A stretch of DNA of 54,016 bases from Rhodothermales bacterium (lineage in GTDB: Bacteria > Bacteroidota > Rhodothermia > Rhodothermales > JABDKH01), in assembly GCA_041609895.1 (NCBI GenBank), contig JBFIPX010000003.1, positions 1 to 54,016 of the forward strand. Reading direction: 5' to 3'. Positions within the stretch are counted from its first letter, which is position 1. Every line of letters begins with the position of its first letter. Positions 21,405 to 30,221 of the stretch are shown piece after piece. Under the pieces are notes generated by a model, which saw only the letters and a list, made by a program, of their open reading frames with translations, ran no database searches and was not told where the DNA came from. The position numbers were made by a program, and so were the translations under genes.

Positions 21405-21866
21405 CTACTCCCAGGATGCCGCGTTCAGCTTCGTAATGTCTGGCTCCAGCGTGCCGATCTGATCGTCGGAATCCGGATCCTGAAGCAGATAGGTATTGAC
21501 ACGCGATGTGTCGTTGACGCTCAGGACGAACTTCTTGCCCGTCCGCGGCGAGTGTACCAACGAGTCGGCTACGAAGCCCTCCCAGAAGATGCTGTCGGCC
21601 GCCATCCGATACAGGGAGTCGTTCCGGACGAAGTCGACAAGCGAGTCGAGAGTAGTCACGAAACGGTCGTTGAGTTCCTCATATCGGATCATCGCCGTCC
21701 TGACTGAACCCATTCGCGAGCGCGTCATCTCGGTAATCTTCTCCTGGCGCTCTATCGCCTCGTACGGCTCCGTTATGGAGACGAACAACCAGTAGGCCAA
21801 CGCCACAATTACAAGACCCAACGCGACCTGAATTCCCACCTGAACGCCGTGGCTGTGTATCGCCAT
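21405..21866 (-). CDS. Single-TM hypothetical protein with pilin-like helix
   Basis: ATG 21866 with GGAG upstream; N-terminal TM, then RMGSVRTAMIRYEELNDRFVTTLDSL. Confidence 0.6.
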   Translation of the reverse strand: MAIHSHGVQVGIQVALGLVIVALAYWLFVSITEPYEAIERQEKITEMTRSRMGSVRTAMIRYEELNDRFVTTLDSLVDFVRNDSLYRMAADSIFWEGFVADSLVHSPRTGKKFVLSVNDTSRVNTYLLQDPDSDDQIGTLEPDITKLNAASWE

Positions 21867-22128
21867 CTCCGTCACTCCCGAAAACCCTGACAAAAACGTG
21901 AGCTTCGTCAACGTTGAACGGTGATCCCAACTACCACCGCACGTTCACGAAGGTCGTCGAAAATACAAGGTCACCCCCCTAAATGCAACAAACGCGCAGT
22001 TGCTGGACGGCCGCCTTAAAGCTCTAAAACCGTCGTTACAGTGCCACGGAATCGGATTGGTGCGTACCTTTTCGCGTTAACTCGAAAGCGCAACGTACAG
22101 AAGCTGTAAAGAGCTCTTCCAATAGCCT

Positions 22129-22863
22129 GTGACAAGCCTGCTTGTAAACATCGATCACGTCGCCACGCTTCGGAATGCCCGTCGCGAGCAGTTCCCGGAC
22201 CCCGTGCATGCGGCGGCTATCTGCGAAATGGCAGGTGCCGACGGTGTGGTTTTTCACCTTCGCGAGGACCGGAGACATATTACCGAACGTGACGTTCGGC
22301 TTCTCAAGGAGACCGTGCAGGGACGACTGGACTTCGAGCTTTCGACGGCAGAGGAGATCGTGAACATATGCTGCGACACGATGCCGGACGTAGCCACCCT
22401 GGTGCCAGAACGGCGAGAGGAAGTCACCACAGAGGGAGGGCTCGATATTCGTACGGCGCGCAATCGTCTGGAAGTCGTAATCCCGCGGCTGTTTGACGCT
22501 GGTATCCCGGAGATATCTCTGTTTGTGGATCCGGACTCCGATCAGATTGAGATGTCACGAGAAGTAGGAGCCAATTGCATCGAACTTCACACGGGTGACT
22601 TCTCAAATGCCTCAACGTTTGAGGAACAGCGGTCGGAAGCATCCAGACTGGCGTCCGCAGCTCGCTTGGCAACCGAGATCGGCCTCAAGGTGCATGCCGG
22701 TCACGGGTTGAATTATCGCAACTATCCCATTTTCGGGGCTTCCGTGCGCAACGTCGAGGAAGTGTCAATCGGCTTCGCGATTATCGCAAGGGCATTGATG
22801 GCCGGACTCGGGCAGGCCGTTGAAGAGATGAACGCGATCGTCAAGCGCGACTATTCCTCATGA
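22129..22863 (+). CDS. pdxJ: Pyridoxine 5'-phosphate synthase
   Basis: VNIDHVATLRNAR, HLREDRRHI, TTEGGLD, IELHTG and HAGHGL. Confidence 0.97.
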   Translation: MTSLLVNIDHVATLRNARREQFPDPVHAAAICEMAGADGVVFHLREDRRHITERDVRLLKETVQGRLDFELSTAEEIVNICCDTMPDVATLVPERREEVTTEGGLDIRTARNRLEVVIPRLFDAGIPEISLFVDPDSDQIEMSREVGANCIELHTGDFSNASTFEEQRSEASRLASAARLATEIGLKVHAGHGLNYRNYPIFGASVRNVEEVSIGFAIIARALMAGLGQAVEEMNAIVKRDYSS

Positions 22864-22918
22864 GGGTCGACGCAACGCAAGCAGATTCCACGCACGACAT
22901 GGCGTCACCAAACAACTG

Positions 22919-23824
22919 ATGTCTTCTAACGAGTTTGACGATGTCCCGGAAGGACACCGCAGCGGGTACGTCACGCTGGTAGGCAAACCCAACGCCGGCA
23001 AGAGCACTCTCATGAATGCTCTTCTCGGAAGAAAGCTGTCTATCGTTACTTCCAAGCCCCAGACGACTCGCCATCGCGTGCTTGGGATCGCTAACGAACT
23101 CGGATACCAGATCATCTTTCTGGACACTCCCGGCGTGATCGAGCCACGATATGGACTGCAGAAGTCCATGATGAAATCGGTTCGACACGCGGTTCAGGAT
23201 GCCGACCTGATGCTATTTATCGCCGATGCGACAACGGAATCACCCGACACGCTGAGTCTAACGGAGGTGGGCGATCGGCCCGCCATTCTGGTTCTCAATA
23301 AGATGGATCTCGTCCGTGAGCGGGACGCTCTTCCTCTCGTGAAAAGCTACGTGGAGCTGCGGACATTTGAGGACGTCGTTCCCGTTTCCGCGAAGAAGAA
23401 GACGAATCTGGACATATTGATGGATGCCGTCGTTACGAGATTGCCGGAGGGACCGCCGTTCTATCCGAAGGACATCGTAAGCGAGCATCCTGAGCGCTTC
23501 TTCGTGGCCGAGATTATCAGGGAAAAGGTCTTTGAACGCTTCTCCAGAGAAATCCCATACTCGACCCAGGTCAACATTGTAGCGTTCGATGAAAAAAACC
23601 AACATGGCAAGGATGTGATCGATGCCGAAATTGTTGTGGAGCGGGAGTCCCAAAAACCAATCCTTATCGGAAAGGGTGGCAAAGCGATAAAGTCGCTTGG
23701 GATCGCATCGAGGAAGGCCATCGAGTCTTTCCTTGACCGGCCCGTGCACCTGCGGCTATTCGTGAAGGTGCGGAAGGGATGGCGGGATAGTGGGACGTTT
23801 CTGCGGTCGTACGGATACGAGTAG
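22919..23824 (+). CDS. era: GTPase Era
   Basis: GKPNAGKST, DTPG, NKMD, and a KH domain (IGKGGKAIK...L.LFVKV..GW). Confidence 0.97.
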   Translation: MSSNEFDDVPEGHRSGYVTLVGKPNAGKSTLMNALLGRKLSIVTSKPQTTRHRVLGIANELGYQIIFLDTPGVIEPRYGLQKSMMKSVRHAVQDADLMLFIADATTESPDTLSLTEVGDRPAILVLNKMDLVRERDALPLVKSYVELRTFEDVVPVSAKKKTNLDILMDAVVTRLPEGPPFYPKDIVSEHPERFFVAEIIREKVFERFSREIPYSTQVNIVAFDEKNQHGKDVIDAEIVVERESQKPILIGKGGKAIKSLGIASRKAIESFLDRPVHLRLFVKVRKGWRDSGTFLRSYGYE

Positions 23825-23853
23825 GATAGGACGACGGACGGCGCCGCGCCAGA

Positions 23854-25023
23854 TTAAGGACCGTCGTGCCTTGCCGTTACACCGATGGCGCGGGCGATGG
23901 TCTGCAGCGGCTCGGGTAGATACGTAATGTCGACTTCAAAGTGGCTGAAAACGCGTCGCATCGGATAATCCCGTCTCAGTCTTCGAAATGCTTCAGCCAG
24001 GTCCGCCTCGCGAGCCACGGCAGCCTTCAGGTGGCGATCATCTCGTTGGATATCGTACACGCGCTTGATGAGTTCATGTGTCCATGCCACGTCGGACTTG
24101 CCAACGTACGCCGGCGGGGCGATCTCCTCTCGAGCCTCGTCTACCTTCGAATCCGACGCAGCGCTTTCCACCTCAGCGAATGCCCGAACGGCGTCGGCCA
24201 TTACTCTGGCTCCTTCCAGCTTGGAGTCCAAAGCATAGCCGGCGATATGTGGTGTCGCGACCTCAGCCCGGTCGATGAGCAGCCGATCCGGAGCCGGTTC
24301 GTTGTCGAACACGTCGAGAACGACAGGGCCTATTTCACTCGAAAGCATTGACGTGATTAACGCGGTCTCGTCGATTACCGCCCCCCGCGACGTGTTGATG
24401 AGAATCGCATCACGCCGCATTCGGTCGAGTTCCGCACGACCGATCAGTCGCTCGGTAGGGAACGGGACATCGCGGGTGAGCGGAACGTGAAGAGATATCA
24501 GGTTGGAACGTTCAAGCAGTTCATTCAGAGGGACGGCTTCGAGGTCGCCTGCGAACTTCGGATCAAGAGATTCAAGCGGCGGGTCGTTCACGATCACTGT
24601 AGCACCCGCCCGGCGTAAACGCGAGGCGACGCGCGAACCGACGTTTCCGTAACCGACAATACCAACCGTCAGTTGCTGCAGGGCCCATTCAAGTCGGACC
24701 AGGATGCTGAATGCAGCCGCCATCACATAATCAGCGACCGACGGAGCGTTGCACCCCGGGGCACTGACGAATTGGATTCCGCGGGCCGCAAGGTAGTCAA
24801 CGTCGATATGATCAGTTCCGGAGGTCGCCGAACCTACGAAACGAACGTCTGCCCCTTCGAGGAGGTTGGCGTCGACGCGGGTCACGCTTCGGACGAGAAG
24901 AACATCCGCGTCTTGAACGGCTATGCGGCCGATGTCGGAGCCCGGCATTTCGATGACGGTGCCTACATGACCCAACGTAGACACCAGGGCAGGTATATCC
25001 CGATCCGCAACGATTTTCAACAT
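23854..25023 (-). CDS. pdxB: 4-phosphoerythronate dehydrogenase
   Basis: LLVRSVTRV, SAT.GTDHID, APGCNA, G.GNVG, DPP, HVPL and TPHIAGY. Confidence 0.9.
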   Translation of the reverse strand: MLKIVADRDIPALVSTLGHVGTVIEMPGSDIGRIAVQDADVLLVRSVTRVDANLLEGADVRFVGSATSGTDHIDVDYLAARGIQFVSAPGCNAPSVADYVMAAAFSILVRLEWALQQLTVGIVGYGNVGSRVASRLRRAGATVIVNDPPLESLDPKFAGDLEAVPLNELLERSNLISLHVPLTRDVPFPTERLIGRAELDRMRRDAILINTSRGAVIDETALITSMLSSEIGPVVLDVFDNEPAPDRLLIDRAEVATPHIAGYALDSKLEGARVMADAVRAFAEVESAASDSKVDEAREEIAPPAYVGKSDVAWTHELIKRVYDIQRDDRHLKAAVAREADLAEAFRRLRRDYPMRRVFSHFEVDITYLPEPLQTIARAIGVTARHDGP

Positions 25024-25453
25024 TTACCGTACCTTGTTGTACTTCAGCTATAGACGCCTAAACCCACGATTCACCCATCGCCACGCGTCATGGCCGAACC
25101 GCTGACAACGGAAACGCCACCTGTTGAGACATCATTCCAAAAAATCGGCCTTCTTGTAGCCAAGAGCGCTGTTTTTCTGAATTCATTTATTAAATCCAGC
25201 AGGCTATCCGTCCATAGATCCGCAACCCCACGGCGGGTCGATGAATGGCCCGTGAAAGCGTCATGAACGCGGCATAAACCCGAAGCGAACGCCGCATGAA
25301 GAAAAGCGCTTTCTTGTCGTAAGTACAAACAAAACAAAACTTTACATCTTTATCATTTTGAGAAACCTTGTTGTCGCGTTGATGTTTGGCGGCAACTTGA
25401 TCGGCCCCGGAGGCAGATCAATCCAGATTTTGAAACAACACAGTCGTTTATAA

Positions 25454-26140
25454 ATGATACATGCTGTAATTAGCCAACTCTCGAAGGCCAACTTGTTGGC
25501 GCGGGCTCCGCTGATCCTCTTCCTTACGGTTACGGGAACGGCGAGCAACGTGAGTGGACTGATGTCCCTCCTCGACATGACTAAGCCCAGCAGTGAGGCC
25601 GAGCGTGTGATTCAGATGACCGACGAGCACGTGCTGAATTCGCGGACGCTGTATTCGGAGGTCGACCATTGGACGAGTCTTCCTGGAGTTCGCCCCGAGG
25701 CAATCGATAACGAGACCTTGTGGCTTGCCCGTTGCATCTTCTCCGAGACGAAGGACCCTCGGGAAATGATCCTTGTTGCGTGGGTGGTGCGCAACCGTGT
25801 TGATACCGGATATCGTGGGCGGACTTCGTACAGGTCGGTCGTACTGGACCCGTTCCAGTTCAGCGCCTTCAATCCGTCAAGCTCCGCGCGCTACTTCTAC
25901 TCCAACCTGAAGACCCATTCAAAAGTGTACGGATGGGACGCGGCGCTGCGAGCTGCGTATCAGGTGCGAACGGCCGACCGATCGGAGCGCCCCTTTTCGG
26001 AGCGGACGCGACACTTCTATAGTGAAAGATCCATGGTTGGGCGGAGCATGCCGCTGTGGGCCGGCGGCATCGAGCCAGTCGACCTTCTCGAACAGGAGAT
26101 CGACGAGAAACGGTTCCGTTTCTACGAGGGTATCTCGTAA
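25454..26140 (+). CDS. SleB/CwlJ-like cell wall hydrolase (Hydrolase_2)
   Basis: N-terminal hydrophobic segment; LARCIFSE catalytic Glu, V..VVRNRV, FQFS and F.FY. Confidence 0.8.
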   Translation: MIHAVISQLSKANLLARAPLILFLTVTGTASNVSGLMSLLDMTKPSSEAERVIQMTDEHVLNSRTLYSEVDHWTSLPGVRPEAIDNETLWLARCIFSETKDPREMILVAWVVRNRVDTGYRGRTSYRSVVLDPFQFSAFNPSSSARYFYSNLKTHSKVYGWDAALRAAYQVRTADRSERPFSERTRHFYSERSMVGRSMPLWAGGIEPVDLLEQEIDEKRFRFYEGIS

Positions 26141-26161
26141 AGAACGCTACCTGCTACAAGC

Positions 26162-26192
26162 AAGGGCCGGGTCAAACTCTGATCCGGCCCTT
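26162..26192. terminator. Hairpin terminator between convergent genes
   Basis: AAGGGCCGGGTCA-AACTC-TGATCCGGCCCTT followed by a T-rich tail. Confidence 0.75.
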
Positions 26193-26202
26193 CTTATTTC
26201 TG

Positions 26203-26832
26203 CTAAAGACCGACGCCGAGGCGAATCATGAACGCGCTGGCCGTGACCGAATCTTCGGCACCGACCGAGACCCCGCCCACCTCAATCGTATCCTTCAGAA
26301 ATCCCGAGATACCAAAGGCGTACCGAAGCTCCGGAAACAGCCGAAGCCCAACAGCCGGGATCGTCACCTGCAGGCCTGCACCGACCGTGGCAGATACCGA
26401 TATGTCCTCGAGCGAGTCATCAAACTCCTTGTCGCTACTTCTCGGAAAGCTCAAAACCGGGCCGGCCAACAAATAGGGCTTGACGAGAGGCGCCGCAAGA
26501 AGGGGTACCCGCACGTCAACCGGCACTTCAATAAAGCTGAGGTTGACCTTTTCGCTGGTCTGGTTAAACCGAAAGGCGACTTCACCGACATCGCGAATGA
26601 AAATGCCAGGCCGTACCGCGACCGGAGCGGCATTCAAATCAAAGAAGACGCCCACATGATAGCCGGTAGCATTGTCAAAGGTGCCCTTTGCGGAACCCGC
26701 CTGAATGTCTCCGAGCGATTCGAAATTCAATCCTCCGGCAACGCCGAGCTGGGCGCGAGCGGTTCCGACGCCGCCTGTAACGATCAGGGCGATCAGGAGA
26801 ACGAACACCTTGAAGGATCTCTCGTTGGTCAT
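26203..26832 (-). CDS. Small outer-membrane beta-barrel protein
   Basis: Signal peptide ARA-Q; GYHVG, IEVPV, PYLLAGP and ELRYAFG strands. Confidence 0.8.
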   Translation of the reverse strand: MTNERSFKVFVLLIALIVTGGVGTARAQLGVAGGLNFESLGDIQAGSAKGTFDNATGYHVGVFFDLNAAPVAVRPGIFIRDVGEVAFRFNQTSEKVNLSFIEVPVDVRVPLLAAPLVKPYLLAGPVLSFPRSSDKEFDDSLEDISVSATVGAGLQVTIPAVGLRLFPELRYAFGISGFLKDTIEVGGVSVGAEDSVTASAFMIRLGVGL

Positions 26833-27016
26833 GGTAGTCTGGTGGGTCGATGGTTGGGAGTTCTGTCCGGCCGAGGTTCGTGCAACTTTACTCGCAGATC
26901 GCACGTTTCCCGAGTCCGGAGGCGTGCCACAAACGGCACAGAGCCCGCTGCGGTTTCCAGCCGGCCCGTTTCCGCAAGAGAGAAAGGATACTGAAGCTGA
27001 CTATCATGCTGGTTAT

Positions 27017-28165
27017 ATGAGAATTGGTATTACCTGCTATCCGGTTTACGGAGGAAGTGGTGTTGTTGCGACCGAGCTGGGAAAAGCGTTGGCCGCGAGA
27101 GGACACAATATTCATTTCATCGCATACTCTGCACCCTTCAGGCTCGCACACGTAACGGAGAACATTTCCTTTCACGAGGTGAATGTCAACACGTACCCCC
27201 TCTTCGAGTATCCCAACTACTCGATGAACCTGACGAGCAAGATGGTCGACGTCGTCAAGTACGAGGAACTCGACCTGCTGCACGTTCACTACGCGATACC
27301 GCACGCAACCAGCGCCGTCCTGGCGCGCCAAATCCTCGCGGGCGAGGGTGTGCATGTGCCGGTCGTCACCACCCTGCACGGCACGGACATCACGATTGTC
27401 GGGCGCGACCCGTCGTATCAGACGGTTGTCAATTACTCCATCAACCAATCCGACGGCGTGACGGCAGTTTCGGATTATTTGAGGCGTGAAACGTATGATC
27501 GCTTCGACATCCAGCGTGACATCGAGGTCATCCCGAACTTCATAGATACCGCGCGCTTTCAGCGTCTGAACAAGAGTCACTTCAAGCAGGCCGTGTGCCC
27601 AAACGGCGAGAAGCTGCTGATCCACGTGTCGAACTTCCGGCCAGTCAAGAATGCGCCTCAGGTCGTTGAGGTGTTTCACCGACTGCGCGCTGAAGATCAG
27701 CCCGTGAAACTGATCCTTGTAGGCGACGGGCCTGATCGTAGCGCCGCCGAGCAACGGGCACGCGATCTGGGCGTCTATGATGAAGTCCGTTTTCTCGGAA
27801 AGCAGGAGCCTATTGAAGAGATTCTCTCCATATCCGACGTCTTTCTCATGCCAAGCGGCTCGGAGACCTTCGGCCTGGCTGCCCTTGAGGCGATGGCCTG
27901 CGGAGTGCCCGTGGTAGCCAGCCGGGTCGGCGGCCTGCCGGAGCTCATCGACGACGGCGATAATGGGTTCCTCTGCCCGCTCGACGACCTGGACTGCTTT
28001 ACCGACCGCGTCCGCGCCACCCTCACGGATCCCGACTTGTATGAACGGATGTCCCTGTCCGCCCGCCGTACGGCGGAAGAACGCTTTGATATCGATCGCA
28101 TCGTTCCCCAATACGAGGCGTACTACGAGCGTGTATGTTCGCATGCAAGCCTTCAATTGCACTAA
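27017..28165 (+). CDS. bshA: Bacillithiol biosynthesis glycosyltransferase BshA (GT4)
   Basis: MRIGITCYP.YGGSGVVATELG, HVHYAIPHA, TTLHGTDIT, SNFRPVK and ETFGLAALEAM; start at ATG 27017. Confidence 0.95.
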   Translation: MRIGITCYPVYGGSGVVATELGKALAARGHNIHFIAYSAPFRLAHVTENISFHEVNVNTYPLFEYPNYSMNLTSKMVDVVKYEELDLLHVHYAIPHATSAVLARQILAGEGVHVPVVTTLHGTDITIVGRDPSYQTVVNYSINQSDGVTAVSDYLRRETYDRFDIQRDIEVIPNFIDTARFQRLNKSHFKQAVCPNGEKLLIHVSNFRPVKNAPQVVEVFHRLRAEDQPVKLILVGDGPDRSAAEQRARDLGVYDEVRFLGKQEPIEEILSISDVFLMPSGSETFGLAALEAMACGVPVVASRVGGLPELIDDGDNGFLCPLDDLDCFTDRVRATLTDPDLYERMSLSARRTAEERFDIDRIVPQYEAYYERVCSHASLQLH

Positions 28166-28234
28166 GCGGGGTCGATAAACATCTCATCTACTGACCGCTC
28201 GTAACTCCGGCACGCATCCCACCGGCATCCATCG

Positions 28235-29332
28235 ATGGCCGTCGACAACCTGATAAGCCGCAAGAAGGACTGCTATCCCTTAAGCGACTTCTTCGAGTCG
28301 TACCTGAGGAGGTACGGCCGGATAGTGGACTCCGCGATCGACTATCAGGACCTGCTTCGCTACACCAACTCGATCCCGATGTACAATGAGCGCGGCGACG
28401 ACACGCTTTGGTCGACCGTGTTCTACCCGAACAATGAGCACGAAGAGATTCACGACCATCTGAAGCGCGCTTACGCTATCCTCAAGGCCGACGGCGACAT
28501 GTCGATCACCCGGCACCTCTACATCGATCGCGTCGACCTGTGCATGTACGGTAATACATTGCCGTTTCGAATCCGCATCGTCAACCACCTGAACGACAAT
28601 CACGACTACTTCTACATCAAGCGCATCGATGCAAACCGGATATACGGTCTTGAGCTCGAACACATCCTCTCGCCAAACCGAATCAACTACTTCGTTTCCG
28701 GTGAGACCATCGTAGAAGAACACATCATCGGGATTCCGGCCGAGGCGTTCATGAACGAGAACAGACCCTCGAGCCGCTTCGATGAAGTGCGCCTCGCAAA
28801 GGAATTCGTAAAGTTTAATGAGCGCGTGTTCGTTCGCCTGTTAGGCGACATGCACTCCGGCAACTTCGTGGTAGACATCACACGCGACTTCGAAAAGTGG
28901 CACTACCGTATGCGACCGATTGACTTCGATCAGCAGAGCCATCACTACAGAAAGGAAGTCTACCTGCCGCACTACTTTCACCAGAACAGCCCTTTCATCC
29001 AAATCGGAAGAAAGACCCTCGCCCCTGAGAATGTGCTTCAGTACCAGACTGAGGAACGAGCACTGATCGCTAATCGGGTGCGGGTCTCTCACGGGAGGTT
29101 TCGAAACCTGATGTCTGTCATGACCGAAGACATCATTTCTACGGACGACAATGTGAAACGGCTTCGCGACCAGCTTGCCGAACACTACCACTGTGATGAC
29201 TTCCGGTATTGCCTGACCATGGGAGAGATGGTTAAAACATCAATCAATCTGGTGCTTGCCGCAAGTAAACCCGCGACCATTCCGCTGAAGGAGATCCACT
29301 CGGCGCAGGAGGTAAAGGAAGGCAAGGTATGA
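28235..29332 (+). CDS. Hypothetical protein with atypical-kinase-like motifs
   Basis: 365 aa, soluble; YFYIK...GLELE, LLGDMHSGNF and RPIDFD. Confidence 0.6.
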   Translation: MAVDNLISRKKDCYPLSDFFESYLRRYGRIVDSAIDYQDLLRYTNSIPMYNERGDDTLWSTVFYPNNEHEEIHDHLKRAYAILKADGDMSITRHLYIDRVDLCMYGNTLPFRIRIVNHLNDNHDYFYIKRIDANRIYGLELEHILSPNRINYFVSGETIVEEHIIGIPAEAFMNENRPSSRFDEVRLAKEFVKFNERVFVRLLGDMHSGNFVVDITRDFEKWHYRMRPIDFDQQSHHYRKEVYLPHYFHQNSPFIQIGRKTLAPENVLQYQTEERALIANRVRVSHGRFRNLMSVMTEDIISTDDNVKRLRDQLAEHYHCDDFRYCLTMGEMVKTSINLVLAASKPATIPLKEIHSAQEVKEGKV

Positions 29333-29394
29333 CGGCGCGGGGGCCGTGCGAGACCATCTCAGTGAAATTGAGTCTGCCTCCCGGCGATCACCCC

Positions 29395-30045
29395 TCAATT
29401 GAGTTCATAACTTCCCGAAAGAAACGGATTGGATCGCAGCTCCACACCCACCGTTGTTGCGGGACCGTGGCCCGGAAGAACGCGGGTCTGCTCACCCAAG
29501 GGCACCAGTTTGTCGAAAATCGAGCGCATGAGCACGGGTAGCGAGCCTTGCCAGAGGTCGGTCCTTCCTATTGAACCCGCGAAAAGGACATCGCCGGCAA
29601 CCGCGACGCCTCCGCCGTCCGCGACGAAAGTAATCGAGCCGGGCGAATGACCCGGTGTATGCAGCACGGTTAGCTCATCGTCTCCAACTGAAATTGTGCT
29701 GTCCTCATCCAGGAACCCCTCGGGCTCACCGGGAGGCGCAATCTCAACACCAAAGAGGCGTCCCTGCTCCGCCGCACCCTGGATGAGTAGCTGATCCGAC
29801 CGGTGCATCAGGTACCCGACACCATAGTAGCTGCAGACGTCCGCGACACCGAAAATGTGGTCGATGTGGGCGTGAGTAAGCAGAACGCGCTTCACCGCGA
29901 GTCCGGCGGTGTCGATATACTCTCGTATTACGCGCATTTCCGCATCGGACGAAGCTGAAGGGTCAACTATGACCGCTTCGCCCGAATCGGACAACACGTA
30001 GCAATTCGTCTGGAAGGGATTGAAGGTAAAAGACTTTATCTCCAC
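29395..30045 (-). CDS. MBL-fold hydrolase, glyoxalase II/YcbL-like
   Basis: THAHIDH, TPGHSPG, GDVLF.GSIGRTD and PGHG. Confidence 0.92.
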   Translation of the reverse strand: MEIKSFTFNPFQTNCYVLSDSGEAVIVDPSASSDAEMRVIREYIDTAGLAVKRVLLTHAHIDHIFGVADVCSYYGVGYLMHRSDQLLIQGAAEQGRLFGVEIAPPGEPEGFLDEDSTISVGDDELTVLHTPGHSPGSITFVADGGGVAVAGDVLFAGSIGRTDLWQGSLPVLMRSIFDKLVPLGEQTRVLPGHGPATTVGVELRSNPFLSGSYELN

Positions 30046-30221
30046 GTTAAGGCTTATTCCTTTAAGTCACTTTCTTACCACACTAGTATGACACCCAACG
30101 CGTGCTCCCAGCGAAGGCTCCCTTGCCCGCAAAGGAGGACTCGGAGAACCACTTACAAAACGTCCCGTTCCAATTCCCGATCGCTACCTCCGCCACCATC
30201 CCACAGCACCCCTGACGTAAG

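Noticed and set aside
26056-26994. 312 aa + strand ORF
   Set aside because: Overlaps the convincing - strand barrel gene and has Arg-rich shadow composition.
26705-27016. N-terminal extension of BshA in the ORF track
   Set aside because: The family begins at MRIGITCYP, and the extension overlaps the divergent gene.
26888-28162. 424 aa ORF antisense to bshA
   Set aside because: Codon-aligned antisense shadow of a conserved gene with no recognisable domain.
28235-29332. Classical HipBA toxin-antitoxin module
   Set aside because: No adjacent small HTH antitoxin gene; kept only as a kinase-like finding.
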